From contig JAKQNG010000204.1 in the NCBI GenBank assembly GCA_029565915.1, positions 8,755 through 72,754 of the forward strand: a stretch of 64,000 nucleotides of DNA. The letters are read 5' to 3'. The position numbers and the translations under genes were made by a program. Shown piece by piece: positions 9,212-19,678 of this stretch. The notes beneath the pieces were generated by a model. It searched no databases. It was not told the origin of the DNA and saw only the letters and a program-made list of their open reading frames with translations. Source of the stretch: Deltaproteobacteria bacterium. Lineage in GTDB: Bacteria > Myxococcota_A > Polyangia > JAAYKL01. Within the stretch, counting starts at the first letter, position 1; every line of letters starts with the position of its first letter.

Positions 9212-10675
9212 ATGGCTGAAACCGGAAAGATAACAAAGCAGTCGGAAGATTTTCCCGCGTGGTATCAGGATGTGATCAGGGAAGGGGATCTGGCGGAAGT
9301 GGCGAAGATCGTCAAGGGATGCATGGTCATCAAGCCCCACGGCTATGCCATCTGGGAAAAAATCCAGGCCGACCTGGATCGCCGGTTCAAGGAAACCGGA
9401 CACCGCAACGCCTATTTTCCGCTGCTCATTCCCATGTCGTTCATCAAGAAGGAAGCCGAGCACGTGGAAGGGTTCGCTCCGGAAATCGCGGTGGTCACCC
9501 ATGCGGGCGGAAAACCCCTGCCCGAGGACGAGCAGTACTGCATCCGGCCCACGTCGGAGACCATCATCGGACACTTTTTCGCGAAATGGATCAGCTCGTA
9601 TCGCGATCTGCCCCTGCTGATCAACCAGTGGGCGAACGTCATGCGCTGGGAGCTGCATACCCGCATGTTCCTGCGCACCACCGAGTTCCTCTGGCAGGAA
9701 GGGCACACGGCCCACGCCACCCATGAGGACGCCCTTGCCGAAGTGGCGCGGATGCTGGACGTGTATGGGGACTTCGCGCAGGAGATGATGGCCATGCCGG
9801 TCATCCGCGGCGTGAAAACCGATTCGGAAAAATTCGCGGGCGCCCTGGAAACCCGCTGCATCGAGGCGATGATGCGGGACGGCCGGGCCCTGCAGGCCGG
9901 CACCAGCCACGATCTGGGCCAGAACTTCGGAAAGGCCTTTGACGTGAAATTCCAGACCGAAAAGGGCCGGGAGGAATACGTGTGGCAGACGTCCTGGGGC
10001 GTGTCCACCCGGCTCGTGGGCGCGCTGATCATGACCCACTCGGACGACTCGGGCCTCATCCTGCCGCCGGCGCTGGCCCCCGTGCAGGCGGTCATCGTGC
10101 CGATTTACAAAAAGGAAGAAGAGCGGGCACAGGTGGTGGAAGCGGCGCAGAAGCTGGCGGCGGACATCCGGAAAAAAGGCATCTGCGTTGAAGTGGATGA
10201 TCGGGACGGCAAGCGACCCGGCGACAAATACTACGAATGGGAGCGCAAGGGCGTGCCCGTCCGCATCGAAATCGGTCCGCGGGATATCGCCTCGGGGGAG
10301 GCGATGACAAAGCTGCGCCTTTCCGACGGCAAAGAAAAAATGCGCATGGATACCCTGGCGGCGGAGCTGCCCGGCACCCTGGCGGGCTTCCAGCGTTTTC
10401 TGTATGAGCGGGCCTGGAAATTCCGCGAGGACAATACGGTGGTCCTCAACACCTGGGATGAATTCCGTGAGGTGTTCGGCGAGAGCGGCGGTTCGAAGTT
10501 CGCCTGGTGCCACTGGGACGGCACAAGGGAAACCGAAGCGCTCATCAAGGAAGAAACAAAAGTGACCATCCGCTGCATCCCCCTCGAAGGCCAGGGTCCC
10601 GCGCCCGAAGACGGAACATGCATCCGCACGGGAAGGCCCTCCCGGCAACGGGTGCTCATGGCGCGGTCATACTGA
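9212..10675 (+). CDS. proS: Prolyl-tRNA synthetase (class II, archaeal/eukaryotic-like short form).
   Basis: N-terminus [14 protein letters not shown]...[10 protein letters not shown]. Class II motifs and a C-terminal zinc-less tail. RBS GAGGTG precedes the ATG at 9212. Confidence 0.9.
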   Translation: MAETGKITKQSEDFPAWYQDVIREGDLAEVAKIVKGCMVIKPHGYAIWEKIQADLDRRFKETGHRNAYFPLLIPMSFIKKEAEHVEGFAPEIAVVTHAGGKPLPEDEQYCIRPTSETIIGHFFAKWISSYRDLPLLINQWANVMRWELHTRMFLRTTEFLWQEGHTAHATHEDALAEVARMLDVYGDFAQEMMAMPVIRGVKTDSEKFAGALETRCIEAMMRDGRALQAGTSHDLGQNFGKAFDVKFQTEKGREEYVWQTSWGVSTRLVGALIMTHSDDSGLILPPALAPVQAVIVPIYKKEEERAQVVEAAQKLAADIRKKGICVEVDDRDGKRPGDKYYEWERKGVPVRIEIGPRDIASGEAMTKLRLSDGKEKMRMDTLAAELPGTLAGFQRFLYERAWKFREDNTVVLNTWDEFREVFGESGGSKFAWCHWDGTRETEALIKEETKVTIRCIPLEGQGPAPEDGTCIRTGRPSRQRVLMARSY

Positions 10676-10688
10676 TTCGGAGGACAAT

Positions 10689-12005
10689 ATGGGAAAGATC
10701 ATCCGGCACAGCATCGTGAGTCCCTTCGCCCTCGGACGGTTCAAATACGAGATTCGCGAAATCGTCGCCTTCGGCCACCAGCTGCAGAAGCTGGGGGTCA
10801 GGGACATCATCTGGGAAAACATCGGCGATCCGATCCACAAGGGCGAAAAATTGCCCGACTGGATCAAGGACGTTGTCGGAAAACTGGTGGCGGACGATTT
10901 GACCTGGGGCTACACGGCCACTCAGGGCGAGATGGATACGCGGAAATTCCTGTGCAACCGCGTGAACAGACGGGGCGGCGTGCAAATCACGGCGGACGAC
11001 ATCGTTTTCTTCAACGGTCTCGGGGACGCGGTGGCGCGCCTCTTCGGCGCCATGAAGCGCGAAGCCCGCGTCATCGGTCCGTCCCCCGCCTACCCGACCC
11101 ATTCGTCGGCGGAAGCGGCCCACTCCGGCTATGACCACGTCACCTACGGGCTCCGGTACGAGGACAACTGGTCACCGGACCTCGAAGAACTCGAAAACAA
11201 GGTGAAATACAACGACACCATTGCCGGCATCCTGATCATCAATCCCGGCAATCCCACGGGCGCCGTCTACTCCCGCGACATCATCGAAAAAATTGTGGAC
11301 ATCGCGCGGCGCTACGGCCTCATGGTCATCGCCGACGAAATCTATTCAAACATCACTTACAACGGCGCAACGATGACCTGCCTCTCCGATGTGATCGCCG
11401 AGGTGCCGGGGATTTCCCTGAAGGGCATCTCCAAGGAATACCCCTGGCCCGGCGGCCGCAGCGGCTGGATCGAAGTGTACAACCAGCACATGGACCGCAG
11501 CTTTTCCGAATACGTCACCAGCATCATACAGGCGAAGATGCTCGAAGTGTGTTCCACGAGCCTTCCCCAGCGGTCCATTCCGCTGGTCATGGGTGATCCC
11601 CGCTACGAAGGACACCTGGAAAACCGCCGACGGGTTTTTGAAGCGCGCACCAACGAGGCCGTGGCCATCTTTGAAAAGGTACCCGGAATCTCCGTGGTGC
11701 GGCCGAGAGGCGCGTTCTACATGTCCATCGTGTTCAACCCCGGCGTACTCCGGCCGGACCAGACCCTGCCCATCGACAACGCGGACATCCGCGCCTTCGT
11801 CGAAGCAAGGCTCTCCGGCCTCGAACTGGACAAGCGGTTCGCCTACTATCTGCTGGCGGCCCGGGGCATCTGCGTGGTGCCCCTCACGGGATTCTGCTGC
11901 CCTCTCCACGGATTCCGGATTACCACGCTGGAATGCGACGACGAAAAGCGGGTGGGCACCTGGCACCGCATCGCGCAGGCGATCACCGACTACGTCAACT
12001 CCTGA
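10689..12005 (+). CDS. PLP-dependent aminotransferase, class I/II (AlaA-like).
   Basis: 438 aa. Aminotransferase I/II fold signatures (NPGNPTG, SKEYPWPG lysine region). RBS GGAGGA upstream. Confidence 0.85.
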   Translation: MGKIIRHSIVSPFALGRFKYEIREIVAFGHQLQKLGVRDIIWENIGDPIHKGEKLPDWIKDVVGKLVADDLTWGYTATQGEMDTRKFLCNRVNRRGGVQITADDIVFFNGLGDAVARLFGAMKREARVIGPSPAYPTHSSAEAAHSGYDHVTYGLRYEDNWSPDLEELENKVKYNDTIAGILIINPGNPTGAVYSRDIIEKIVDIARRYGLMVIADEIYSNITYNGATMTCLSDVIAEVPGISLKGISKEYPWPGGRSGWIEVYNQHMDRSFSEYVTSIIQAKMLEVCSTSLPQRSIPLVMGDPRYEGHLENRRRVFEARTNEAVAIFEKVPGISVVRPRGAFYMSIVFNPGVLRPDQTLPIDNADIRAFVEARLSGLELDKRFAYYLLAARGICVVPLTGFCCPLHGFRITTLECDDEKRVGTWHRIAQAITDYVNS

Positions 12006-13081
12006 TGACTTACCGCCGCCTCCTGCTGTTTTTCGCCGCCTGTCTCATCGCACCGGCCGGTTGTGCAAAGCCGTCGCGGCCCACAGCGGTGGTGGAGCCC
12101 GCGCCCGTCTCCGTCATCGCATCCCGCCCGCTGCTGCCACCTCCGGATTTCCGGGTGATGACGTGGAACCTGCGGTTGCCCTCCCGGGAGGACGATGCGA
12201 AGAACCGGGGCTGGGAGCATCGCAAAGGGCTGCTGGTGCAGCTCATCCGCGAACAGCAACCGGACATCCTGGGAGTGCAGGAGCTGTTGGAAAAGAAACC
12301 GTCCTCGCCGGCGGAATGGCTCCGGACCGCCCTGACGAGCAAGGGCGCACCGATTCAATACCTCGTGGTGCAGGGCCCTCCCGGCCATCCGGAAGACATC
12401 TACCTGCGCGCGGACCGCTTCATGGTGCTCTTTCCGTCCGCCGCGACGGATGAACCGGGCGCGGTGCGTTTCGGCGGATGTCCCGAAAGCCCCGGCGCTG
12501 CAGACTGCCCGGCCCGCCTGACCAGCGGTTTCTACCTGCCCCCCGATGTCCGCACGCCCTGTGATTCTCCCATCACCGGAACCACCGAAGAAGGCCTGCG
12601 GCGGAGCGCCACCTTCGCCATCGTCCGAGACCGGAACACCGGCCGGGATTTCGCCGTTTTCAATACGCATCTCCACCACAAGCACGAAACAGCAGCGGAC
12701 GATCTCGTCCGACACGAAGAAGTGCGCTGCATCCGGAGGGCAATGGCGAGATTCGCCGGGGGACTGCCCGTCATCATCATGGGCGACCTGAATGCACGCT
12801 CGGACGCGCCCGAGCTCATGGCCCTGCGGGACGGTTTCGACGCCGGCGATGCACCCCTCTCCTTTACGCACCCGGAAGGGCCGCCCCTCGGCACCTACAA
12901 CAACTTCTGCGACGATTGCGTCCCGCAGGCCCGTATCGATCACATTCTCGTGGCCGGCTTCGACGTGGTGGCATCGGGTCGTCCTCTCTACGACCGGCCG
13001 GATGGCCGGTGGCCCTCGGACCACTGCCCCGTCATCGTCCGGCTGGCCCCCGGGGACAAGCCTCTTCCAGATATTCGTTGA
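12005..13081 (+). CDS. Endonuclease/exonuclease/phosphatase (EEP) family lipoprotein.
   Basis: TGATG overlap with the upstream stop. Signal peptide plus Cys (LIAPAGCAK). EEP motifs MTWNLR, NTHLHH, DHCPV. Confidence 0.7.
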   Translation: MTYRRLLLFFAACLIAPAGCAKPSRPTAVVEPAPVSVIASRPLLPPPDFRVMTWNLRLPSREDDAKNRGWEHRKGLLVQLIREQQPDILGVQELLEKKPSSPAEWLRTALTSKGAPIQYLVVQGPPGHPEDIYLRADRFMVLFPSAATDEPGAVRFGGCPESPGAADCPARLTSGFYLPPDVRTPCDSPITGTTEEGLRRSATFAIVRDRNTGRDFAVFNTHLHHKHETAADDLVRHEEVRCIRRAMARFAGGLPVIIMGDLNARSDAPELMALRDGFDAGDAPLSFTHPEGPPLGTYNNFCDDCVPQARIDHILVAGFDVVASGRPLYDRPDGRWPSDHCPVIVRLAPGDKPLPDIR

Positions 13082-13091
13082 GCGTGGTGCG

Positions 13092-14798
13092 CTACTGAGG
13101 CGGGAGCAGAGCGGTGAAGGAGCCGTCCGTGGCCACAGTGGAGCGGCCCACCAGGTAGGCGACCTGGCTGAACACCCGGTACCATTCCACGGACAGATCC
13201 CGCAGGTCGTCCGGATCGCCGCCCACGCCCGGTTCGAGTTCGAGGTGTCCCCGGATGCGGAAAGGGACGGTCAGTCGGATGGCATAGGTAAAGGTTTCGG
13301 ACTGACGGATGTTCCACACGCCGGTACCGGCGGCCCAGCCGCTCTCCAGGGGTGCCCGGGCCACCGCATGGTACAGGGAGTTGTCCAGCCAGATGGCGAA
13401 GGTGCCTTCCCGGCCACTCAGGGCGCTCAGACGATTGAGACCGCCCTGGCTGTTTTCAAGGTCGAAGGTTTCGATGGTGGCCATGGGTACGGTCGGGCCC
13501 GGGGATCCGGGCGCAGCGATGGTCCCGGTGATGGACAGGCGGGACGGCAACATCACAACAAAGGGTGCGCTGCCCGCGACTGTTACCTCCAGAAGGGCTT
13601 CCAGCCGGGCGGCGGAGCAGGTGGAGGGACTGCCGTCCAATGCCGCAACGGGAATGGCGGTGACCGCGTACAGCCCCGGATACAGATAGATCCCCGGATA
13701 GCCGTTCTGCCGTTCCACCTGCCCGTTGTCATTCGTATACACATCGTAGGACAGGGACGCGTGGCCCGTGTCGTCCTGCAGCGTCATCCGGATGCGGGTG
13801 CGGGGCGGCGGCGGCGGCATGGCGGATTCGGACTGGACCTGTACGGATCCTTCCACCATCACCGGCAGGGCGGGCAGCGGGATTTCGTACGTCTCACCGG
13901 TGCGCGTCACGTCGTTCACGTCGAAGTGATAAACCGGATGAAAGGGTTCGCGCTCCTTGAACACATCGATCCGCATGGAACGGACCCCCGGCGCCAGGGT
14001 CAGCTCGAACCACCCGCATTCTCCCTCCGGCCGGCATCCGGAGCGCACCGTCGACGACACCACCCGGGACGTGGCGGCATCCCGCGCCACCACCGAAAAA
14101 TCGTTGGCGGAAAAGGTTTCGCCGCTGTTCTGGCGATGAATCAGGTATCCCGAAAACGGTACGTAGGAAAAGTCCTCCTCCGCGTGAGGCATCCTCAGGT
14201 CGGCGGGAACGCCGTCCCCGTCAAGGAATGCGCCATTCGTGTCAACGAGGATTTCGCCTTTTGACAGCACCGGATAGAGGGCCGCGTCGTCGCCATCGGG
14301 CACCAGTGTCACTTCATAGCGGCCGGGAAGGAGGTGAAAATCACTGGCCGTCGCCCCCGCGTTGTACACTTCGATGCCCGGTTCCCGGCCGGGCAGGGCA
14401 TTGTCGAGGTCGAGGAAGACGACCCGGCCGACCATGGCGGGCTCGATGGACGACGTCCGGACCCGGGCGCGAACAGTCAGGAGCAGGTCCTCGCTGGTTT
14501 CCATGGGCACTTCAATGCGCTGGGGCCCGGTGCCGTCCCGTCCGCCGGTCAGCACGCGCGCCAGCAGCAGGGCATCCACGGCCGGTTGCGCGATGCAGAT
14601 GGATTCGTCAAGGTCACAGGCCCCCGTGGCGCAGTCCCCGTCGTCATTGCAGCGGTTGACCGGTCCGTCGTAACGCCACGCGTTGTCCACTTCCAGAGAC
14701 GACATGCACCCGCCAGAGGCCCAGACCAGGGCCATGACGGCGGCGCGGACGGCGGGGCCGATCCGGGGCCTACAACAGGTTCTGCGCGAATATTTCAT
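13092..14798 (-). CDS. Large secreted or lipoprotein of unknown function (568 aa).
   Basis: N-terminal R-rich n-region plus a hydrophobic segment ending in GGC. Repetitive beta-rich sequence. Last gene of the activator operon. Confidence 0.5.
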   Translation of the reverse strand: MKYSRRTCCRPRIGPAVRAAVMALVWASGGCMSSLEVDNAWRYDGPVNRCNDDGDCATGACDLDESICIAQPAVDALLLARVLTGGRDGTGPQRIEVPMETSEDLLLTVRARVRTSSIEPAMVGRVVFLDLDNALPGREPGIEVYNAGATASDFHLLPGRYEVTLVPDGDDAALYPVLSKGEILVDTNGAFLDGDGVPADLRMPHAEEDFSYVPFSGYLIHRQNSGETFSANDFSVVARDAATSRVVSSTVRSGCRPEGECGWFELTLAPGVRSMRIDVFKEREPFHPVYHFDVNDVTRTGETYEIPLPALPVMVEGSVQVQSESAMPPPPPRTRIRMTLQDDTGHASLSYDVYTNDNGQVERQNGYPGIYLYPGLYAVTAIPVAALDGSPSTCSAARLEALLEVTVAGSAPFVVMLPSRLSITGTIAAPGSPGPTVPMATIETFDLENSQGGLNRLSALSGREGTFAIWLDNSLYHAVARAPLESGWAAGTGVWNIRQSETFTYAIRLTVPFRIRGHLELEPGVGGDPDDLRDLSVEWYRVFSQVAYLVGRSTVATDGSFTALLPPQ

Positions 14799-15279
14799 AC
14801 ACCCACATCACCTGCAGGGTGCGCGCCCCATCGGGCGTTTCGTCCCCCGCGTCGTATCCCCGGTCCGACAGCTCCATCATCACGATGAGATTGGACGCGT
14901 CATCGCTGACTGCCCGCATGGTGATGGCGCAGTTCACGGTGACCACCACGCCGCCATCAAAGGAGGAAGCATCGCCCCGCACCGGCTCGCTGCACGAGAA
15001 CGTGTCCTTGAGCTGGACCGACGAACTGAGCTGTTCAATCAGGGTGATGCGGCCTTCATATCTCGAAAAATCGTCGTCGTCCGGATCCCAGACGGTCACT
15101 ACGAATTCGGTGAGCGTGTTGTTTTCGGCATAGTTGACCCCTTCCACCGGCGGATCTGCCGAAACGAACTGAGGGGGCTGGTTCCGCCGCAGGCTGAATT
15201 CGATTTCGTCCGACACCACGCAGGCGTCGGCGAGGACGGAAACGAGGATCAGAACGGCGACGGGGACAACGGGCTTCAT
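14770..15279 (-). CDS. Small secreted lipoprotein (169 aa).
   Basis: Signal peptide [20 protein letters not shown]. Its ATG overlaps the stop of the upstream activator gene (ATGA). Confidence 0.55.
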   Translation of the reverse strand: MKPVVPVAVLILVSVLADACVVSDEIEFSLRRNQPPQFVSADPPVEGVNYAENNTLTEFVVTVWDPDDDDFSRYEGRITLIEQLSSSVQLKDTFSCSEPVRGDASSFDGGVVVTVNCAITMRAVSDDASNLIVMMELSDRGYDAGDETPDGARTLQVMWVYEIFAQNLL

Positions 15280-17141
15280 GCCTTTTCCAGATAGCGGTAG
15301 ATGGTGCGCGGATCCACATCCAGCTCTTCGGCGGTCTGTACCCGGTTTCCACCGTTCTTTTCGAGGGCATCGAGGATGTACTGCCGCTGGAATCGCTCCC
15401 GTGCCTCCGCCAGGGTCTCTCCCTTCCGCGCCGTCTCTTCGCCCAGATCGAGATCATCGGGCCCCACCATTGAGCCGTCGCACAGGATGACCGCCTTCTT
15501 GATGCGGTTTTCCAGCTCCCGCACATTGCCGGGCCACGAGTGGCGTCGGATGGCGGCCATGGCGCCGGGACTGAACCCTTTCGCGGCGGAACCGAATTCG
15601 TCCGCGTATCGCTGCAGCAGATAGCGGGCCAGCAGGAGCACATCGTCTCCCCGCTCCCGCAGGGCCGGCAGCTCGATGTGTATGACGTTCAGCCGATAGT
15701 ACAGGTCTTCCCGGAACGCGCCCCGTCGGATTTCCTCCTCCAGGTTGCGGTTGGTCGCGGCCAGCACGCGGATGTCCAGGGTTTCGGTCTTCGTGGCGCC
15801 GACTTTCACCACCTGATGTTCCTGCAGTACCCGCAGAATTTTCACCTGCAGGGCCATGGGCATCTCGCCGATTTCGTCGAGGAAGATCGTGCCTTTGTCC
15901 GCAGCCTGGAACTTGCCGGGCCGGGTGGCTTCCGCACCGGTGAACGCACCTTTCACGTGACCGAAGAACTCCGATTCCATGAGGGTTTCGGGGATGGCGC
16001 CGCAGTTCACGGTGACAAAGGGACCCTGGCGCCGCTGACTCCGGCGGTGGATTTCCCGGGCGATGAGTTCCTTCCCGGTACCCGTTTCGCCGCCGATGAG
16101 CACGGACACTTCCGTGGCCGCCACCTTTTCCACCGTCTTGAACACCTGCTCCATGACCGGCGATGCACCGATAATCTCGCCGAACCGCTGATTGTCCAGC
16201 TCCCGGGACAGGGCCTCGTTGCGCAGCTTCAGCTCGTTCAGCAGCAGGGCGTTCTGCACGATGAGGGAGGCCTGGGCGGCGAACACCTTCAGCAGCTCCA
16301 GAGTGCCGGGCTCGAACAGGCCCCGCACCGTGTCGTTGCCCAGATAGATCAGCCCCAGCAGCTCGTCCTTGTGCTGCAGGGGCGCACACATCACCGAGCT
16401 GAGTTTCAGGTTGATGACGGATTGGGCGTGGGCGAACTTGTCGTGGCTCTGGGCGTCCGATACGATGATGGCGCTGCGGCTCTGCACCACCTGCGCCACG
16501 ATGCTGTCTGACAGCTGGCTCACCGCGGAGCCCAGGTTTTCCCGGTGCAGGTTTCTGGCCACCTTGATGATGGGCTCCCCGTCTTCAAACAGGATAAGAA
16601 ATCCCTTGGCCGCGCCCGTGATCTCGATGACACCGTCCATCAGTGCGTCGAGGACCTCGTCGACGGAGCCATGGCTGAAGAGGGAACTGGTGAACTCCTG
16701 CAGCTTGTGAAGGCCCGCCAGCTCCGCGCCCCGCCCGGATTCCCTGGAACGCACCGCGGATTCCGCCAGCATGCTGAATACGAAATCCGCCCGGCCCAGG
16801 GCAAATCGGTCCTGGTGGGCGAGGCGGCTCCGGCGCTTCTTTTTACCGTTCAGCACAAAGTCGTCGCCGTCCTCGATGCAGGCAAGGGAAAAATCCTTCC
16901 CGTCGAACACGAGCTGCACGTGGTAGGGCGCCAGGCCCAGATCCCTGACGACCACATCGTTTTCGGGGGCGGCGCCGATGGTGGTGATCGCTTTGGCAAT
17001 GGCGATACTGCTGCGATTGCCGTCTGTTGATCGCCAGCTGAGCGTGGGCATGAATCGTTCTTCCTGTTGGGACGGAGACGCCGGAATCCGCCTGTTGCCA
17101 TCTGTCTGCCGCAGTGTAGGACAAAACGGCAGTTCGCTCAA
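15276..17141 (-). CDS. Sigma-54-dependent transcriptional activator with N-terminal FHA and GAF domains (FHA-GAF-AAA+ sigma-54 activation domain-HTH).
   Basis: AAA+ motif [21 protein letters not shown] motif ([15 protein letters not shown]). C-terminal Fis-type HTH ([19 protein letters not shown]). N-terminal FHA-like segment and a GAF region. Confidence 0.9.
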   Translation of the reverse strand: MSELPFCPTLRQTDGNRRIPASPSQQEERFMPTLSWRSTDGNRSSIAIAKAITTIGAAPENDVVVRDLGLAPYHVQLVFDGKDFSLACIEDGDDFVLNGKKKRRSRLAHQDRFALGRADFVFSMLAESAVRSRESGRGAELAGLHKLQEFTSSLFSHGSVDEVLDALMDGVIEITGAAKGFLILFEDGEPIIKVARNLHRENLGSAVSQLSDSIVAQVVQSRSAIIVSDAQSHDKFAHAQSVINLKLSSVMCAPLQHKDELLGLIYLGNDTVRGLFEPGTLELLKVFAAQASLIVQNALLLNELKLRNEALSRELDNQRFGEIIGASPVMEQVFKTVEKVAATEVSVLIGGETGTGKELIAREIHRRSQRRQGPFVTVNCGAIPETLMESEFFGHVKGAFTGAEATRPGKFQAADKGTIFLDEIGEMPMALQVKILRVLQEHQVVKVGATKTETLDIRVLAATNRNLEEEIRRGAFREDLYYRLNVIHIELPALRERGDDVLLLARYLLQRYADEFGSAAKGFSPGAMAAIRRHSWPGNVRELENRIKKAVILCDGSMVGPDDLDLGEETARKGETLAEARERFQRQYILDALEKNGGNRVQTAEELDVDPRTIYRYLEKA

Positions 17142-17203
17142 TACGTCTCGGGGTGTCCGACGATGACGTTGACATTTCTTCGTTGCGTGACCATACGCAA
17201 CCC

Positions 17204-17635
17204 ATGAGGCTGTGGTCGCTCCATCCCCAACATCTCGACGGCAAAGGACTCGTGGCTCTGTGGCGGGAGGGGCTGCTGGCCCGGGCGGTACTTGCCGGCC
17301 AGACCGTCGGCTACCGGCATCATCCCCAGCTCATCCGTTTCCGCGCCCTTCCCGAACCTCTGCGGGCCCTCGACGGCTACCTCTCCCGCGTGTTCGACGA
17401 AGCGTCTTCGCGGGGCTATCGGTTCGACCGGACAAAAATCAACTATCAGGCCGGCTGCCATTCCCTGATTTTCGTCTCCACCGGTCAGCTCGCCCATGAA
17501 TGGGAACATCTGCTCCTCAAATTGAAGCGTCGGGCTCCATCGAAGTGGCAACAGGAACAGGACAACCGGCCGTCGCCCCATCCGTGTTTCGCCGTGCTGG
17601 ACGGTCCGATGGCGGAATGGGAAAAGGTGAAGTGA
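17204..17635 (+). CDS. Pyrimidine-dimer DNA glycosylase (T4 endonuclease V / DenV-like, Pyr_excise family).
   Basis: Begins MRLWSLHPQHLDGKGLVALWREGLLA, the characteristic N-terminus of this family. The ORF-track start at 17153 adds 17 poorly supported residues. Confidence 0.65.
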   Translation: MRLWSLHPQHLDGKGLVALWREGLLARAVLAGQTVGYRHHPQLIRFRALPEPLRALDGYLSRVFDEASSRGYRFDRTKINYQAGCHSLIFVSTGQLAHEWEHLLLKLKRRAPSKWQQEQDNRPSPHPCFAVLDGPMAEWEKVK

Positions 17636-17636
17636 A

Positions 17637-18578
17637 TCAATCGATGAGGTTGAATTCGCGGACGATCTGGAAACCGAACACCAGCTCCTTGAAGCCGCGC
17701 CGGGAATTGGCAACGATGCCATCCGCGCTCATGTACTGGGAATTGGCCACCACCAGGGAAAACGAGTGGCGGTGGGTGAGCACCCGGGCAGCAAATCCGA
17801 AAACCGGGTAATCCGCGCCGAATCCGGCCACATTGGCGGCGATTTCCGCATTGAGTGAAAAGCGCGGAATCGGACGCCATTCCAGATATCCGAGCACTGC
17901 CGCCGACGGATCCGGAGACTCCACAACCTTGGTTTCGCCGGAGGAATCCGTGTGGAATGCGAATCCCGCACCGAAGAGCAGACATTTCCACAGACGTCGA
18001 TCCAGCAGGATCTGTCCAAAGAATCCCGATGCGTCCTTTGCATCCTTCTGGACGAACCAGGTGCCGCCGATGACGATGGCCGCGTTGATGTAGTGGTACT
18101 GCTGCCGGAGCAGGTTCAGCTTTGTGTCGAACTGATAGACATCAAACAGATCGGTGCCGTTGCTCAACCGGTAAAAGCCCGCGTCCAGGAAGTCGAAGAT
18201 GCCGTAGCGCAGGCCGAGGCCCATTTTCAGGTTGCCCGCGTCCAGCCCCAGATAGTCGAACCAGGCGTCCTCCCCGCTGATGAACGAGGCATGGGCCCGA
18301 TGGTCAACCGTGAGCACGAGGGCGCCCTTCCGGGCGGTCAGCGTCGTCGGTACGTTGATGACCCGATCGGTCCGCGGCACGTTTTTTCCAATGTAGTGGA
18401 TGCCCAGGTGGCGATCTTCCGCCGCGGGCGCGGACACCGGTTGTTCCGTGTCGGCCACCGGCGTTGCCGTGCCGGATGTCCCCGATCCGTCTGCCTTTTC
18501 CTGCGCCGGCACAACGGCGGGAATCGTCATCCAGCCGGCGATGATCATCCATCGGAGCCCCTGTTGCAGCGTCGTCAT
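17637..18578 (-). CDS. Putative outer-membrane beta-barrel protein, unknown family.
   Basis: Signal peptide (MIIAGWMTIPAVVPAQE). Alternating amphipathic beta-strand-like segments. Lies 46 nt downstream of the FHA-GGDEF gene on the same strand. Confidence 0.45.
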   Translation of the reverse strand: MTTLQQGLRWMIIAGWMTIPAVVPAQEKADGSGTSGTATPVADTEQPVSAPAAEDRHLGIHYIGKNVPRTDRVINVPTTLTARKGALVLTVDHRAHASFISGEDAWFDYLGLDAGNLKMGLGLRYGIFDFLDAGFYRLSNGTDLFDVYQFDTKLNLLRQQYHYINAAIVIGGTWFVQKDAKDASGFFGQILLDRRLWKCLLFGAGFAFHTDSSGETKVVESPDPSAAVLGYLEWRPIPRFSLNAEIAANVAGFGADYPVFGFAARVLTHRHSFSLVVANSQYMSADGIVANSRRGFKELVFGFQIVREFNLID

Positions 18579-18624
18579 GGTCGTTGTTCCTTTGTAATAG
18601 AGTGTTGTCTGCGCGGTGTTGATA

Positions 18625-19566
18625 CTATTTCACGATGGAGGCCACAACCCGGTTTCTGCCTTTCTGCTTGGCCTCGTAGAGGTTTTCATCCGCCGTGCGC
18701 AGCAGGGCATCGCCGTTCATCACTCCGGCACCGCAGAGGGTGGCCGCACCGAGGCTGATGGTAACCGGCACACGAATGCCTTCTTCGGTCAGGATGCGCA
18801 GGTCCTGGACGATCTGACGCAGGCGTTCCGCCAGAGCCACCGCCCCTTCCGGCGCGATGTTGCGCGCCAGCACCACGAACTCCTCGCCGCCGTACCGGGC
18901 CGCCAGATCCTCCCCCCGCAGGGTGCGGGCCACGGCGCGAGCCACCCGGCACAGTACATCATCGCCGACGAGATGGCCCCAGGTGTCGTTTACCTTTTTA
19001 AAGTGATCGAGGTCGAACAGGATGGCGGACAGATGCGTACGGTGGCGCACGGCAAAGGACAGCTCGCTGCGGAGCATGTCGTCGAAATACCGGCGGTTGA
19101 AGACCCCGGTCAGTCCGTCCTTCACTGCGGATTCGTACATCTGCGACTGGTAGTGTTCGTCAAACGTGTCCACCCGCATGAAGCGCAGGATGGTGGAGCG
19201 GCCCAGGACCACCTTGTCCCCTTCGGAAAAGACGTGGCGCGCCACCCGTTCCCGTCCTACCCAGATGCCGTTGGTGCTGTTCATGTCTTCAATGATGCAG
19301 CGGTTCTGATCGTCGAGGACCACGCGGGCGTGAATCCTTGAAATCCCGTCATCGGAAATGATGAAATCGCACTCCTCGCCGCGGCCGATGAGCATGGGTG
19401 ATCGATCAATGATGAGGGAGCTGCCCCGGTCGATACCCTGCACCACGATGAGGGAGGGTCGCAGGGAGCTGCCCTCCCGGGCCGTGAGCATGTTCACCGT
19501 GGAGCGGTCGAAATTGAGGGTGATGTCCTCCTGCGGCAGCGCGATTTTGTCCGTTTTCTTCTGCAT
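18625..19566 (-). CDS. FHA-domain diguanylate cyclase (FHA-GGDEF).
   Basis: FHA core (LIGRGEECDFIISDDGISRIHARV...STNG). GGDEF domain with intact GGEEF and an RxxD I-site (RGED five residues upstream). Start ATG at 19566; the ORF-track N-terminal extension is rejected. Confidence 0.9.
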   Translation of the reverse strand: MQKKTDKIALPQEDITLNFDRSTVNMLTAREGSSLRPSLIVVQGIDRGSSLIIDRSPMLIGRGEECDFIISDDGISRIHARVVLDDQNRCIIEDMNSTNGIWVGRERVARHVFSEGDKVVLGRSTILRFMRVDTFDEHYQSQMYESAVKDGLTGVFNRRYFDDMLRSELSFAVRHRTHLSAILFDLDHFKKVNDTWGHLVGDDVLCRVARAVARTLRGEDLAARYGGEEFVVLARNIAPEGAVALAERLRQIVQDLRILTEEGIRVPVTISLGAATLCGAGVMNGDALLRTADENLYEAKQKGRNRVVASIVK

Positions 19567-19611
19567 GGGTCTTCCGGCAACTGGCGCCAGAATAGCGCAG
19601 GTCGGGCTTTC

Positions 19612-19640
19612 TTGACATACCTGTGGAAAGGTATTACTAT
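19612..19640 (+). promoter_or_regulatory. Near-consensus sigma-70-type promoter for the PilZ operon: TTGACA - 17 nt - TACTAT.
   Basis: TTGACA at 19612-19617 and TACTAT at 19635-19640 with a 17-nt spacer, inside an AT-rich 110-nt divergent intergenic region. RBS AGGAGA at 19664-19669. ATG at 19679. Confidence 0.5.
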
Positions 19641-19678
19641 GTAAACAATTTAAGTACATTGTAACAGGAGAAATCACA

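Noticed and set aside
12792-14264. 490-aa + strand ORF.
   Set aside because: Antisense to the 568-aa lipoprotein gene, whose signal peptide and operon coupling support the minus strand.
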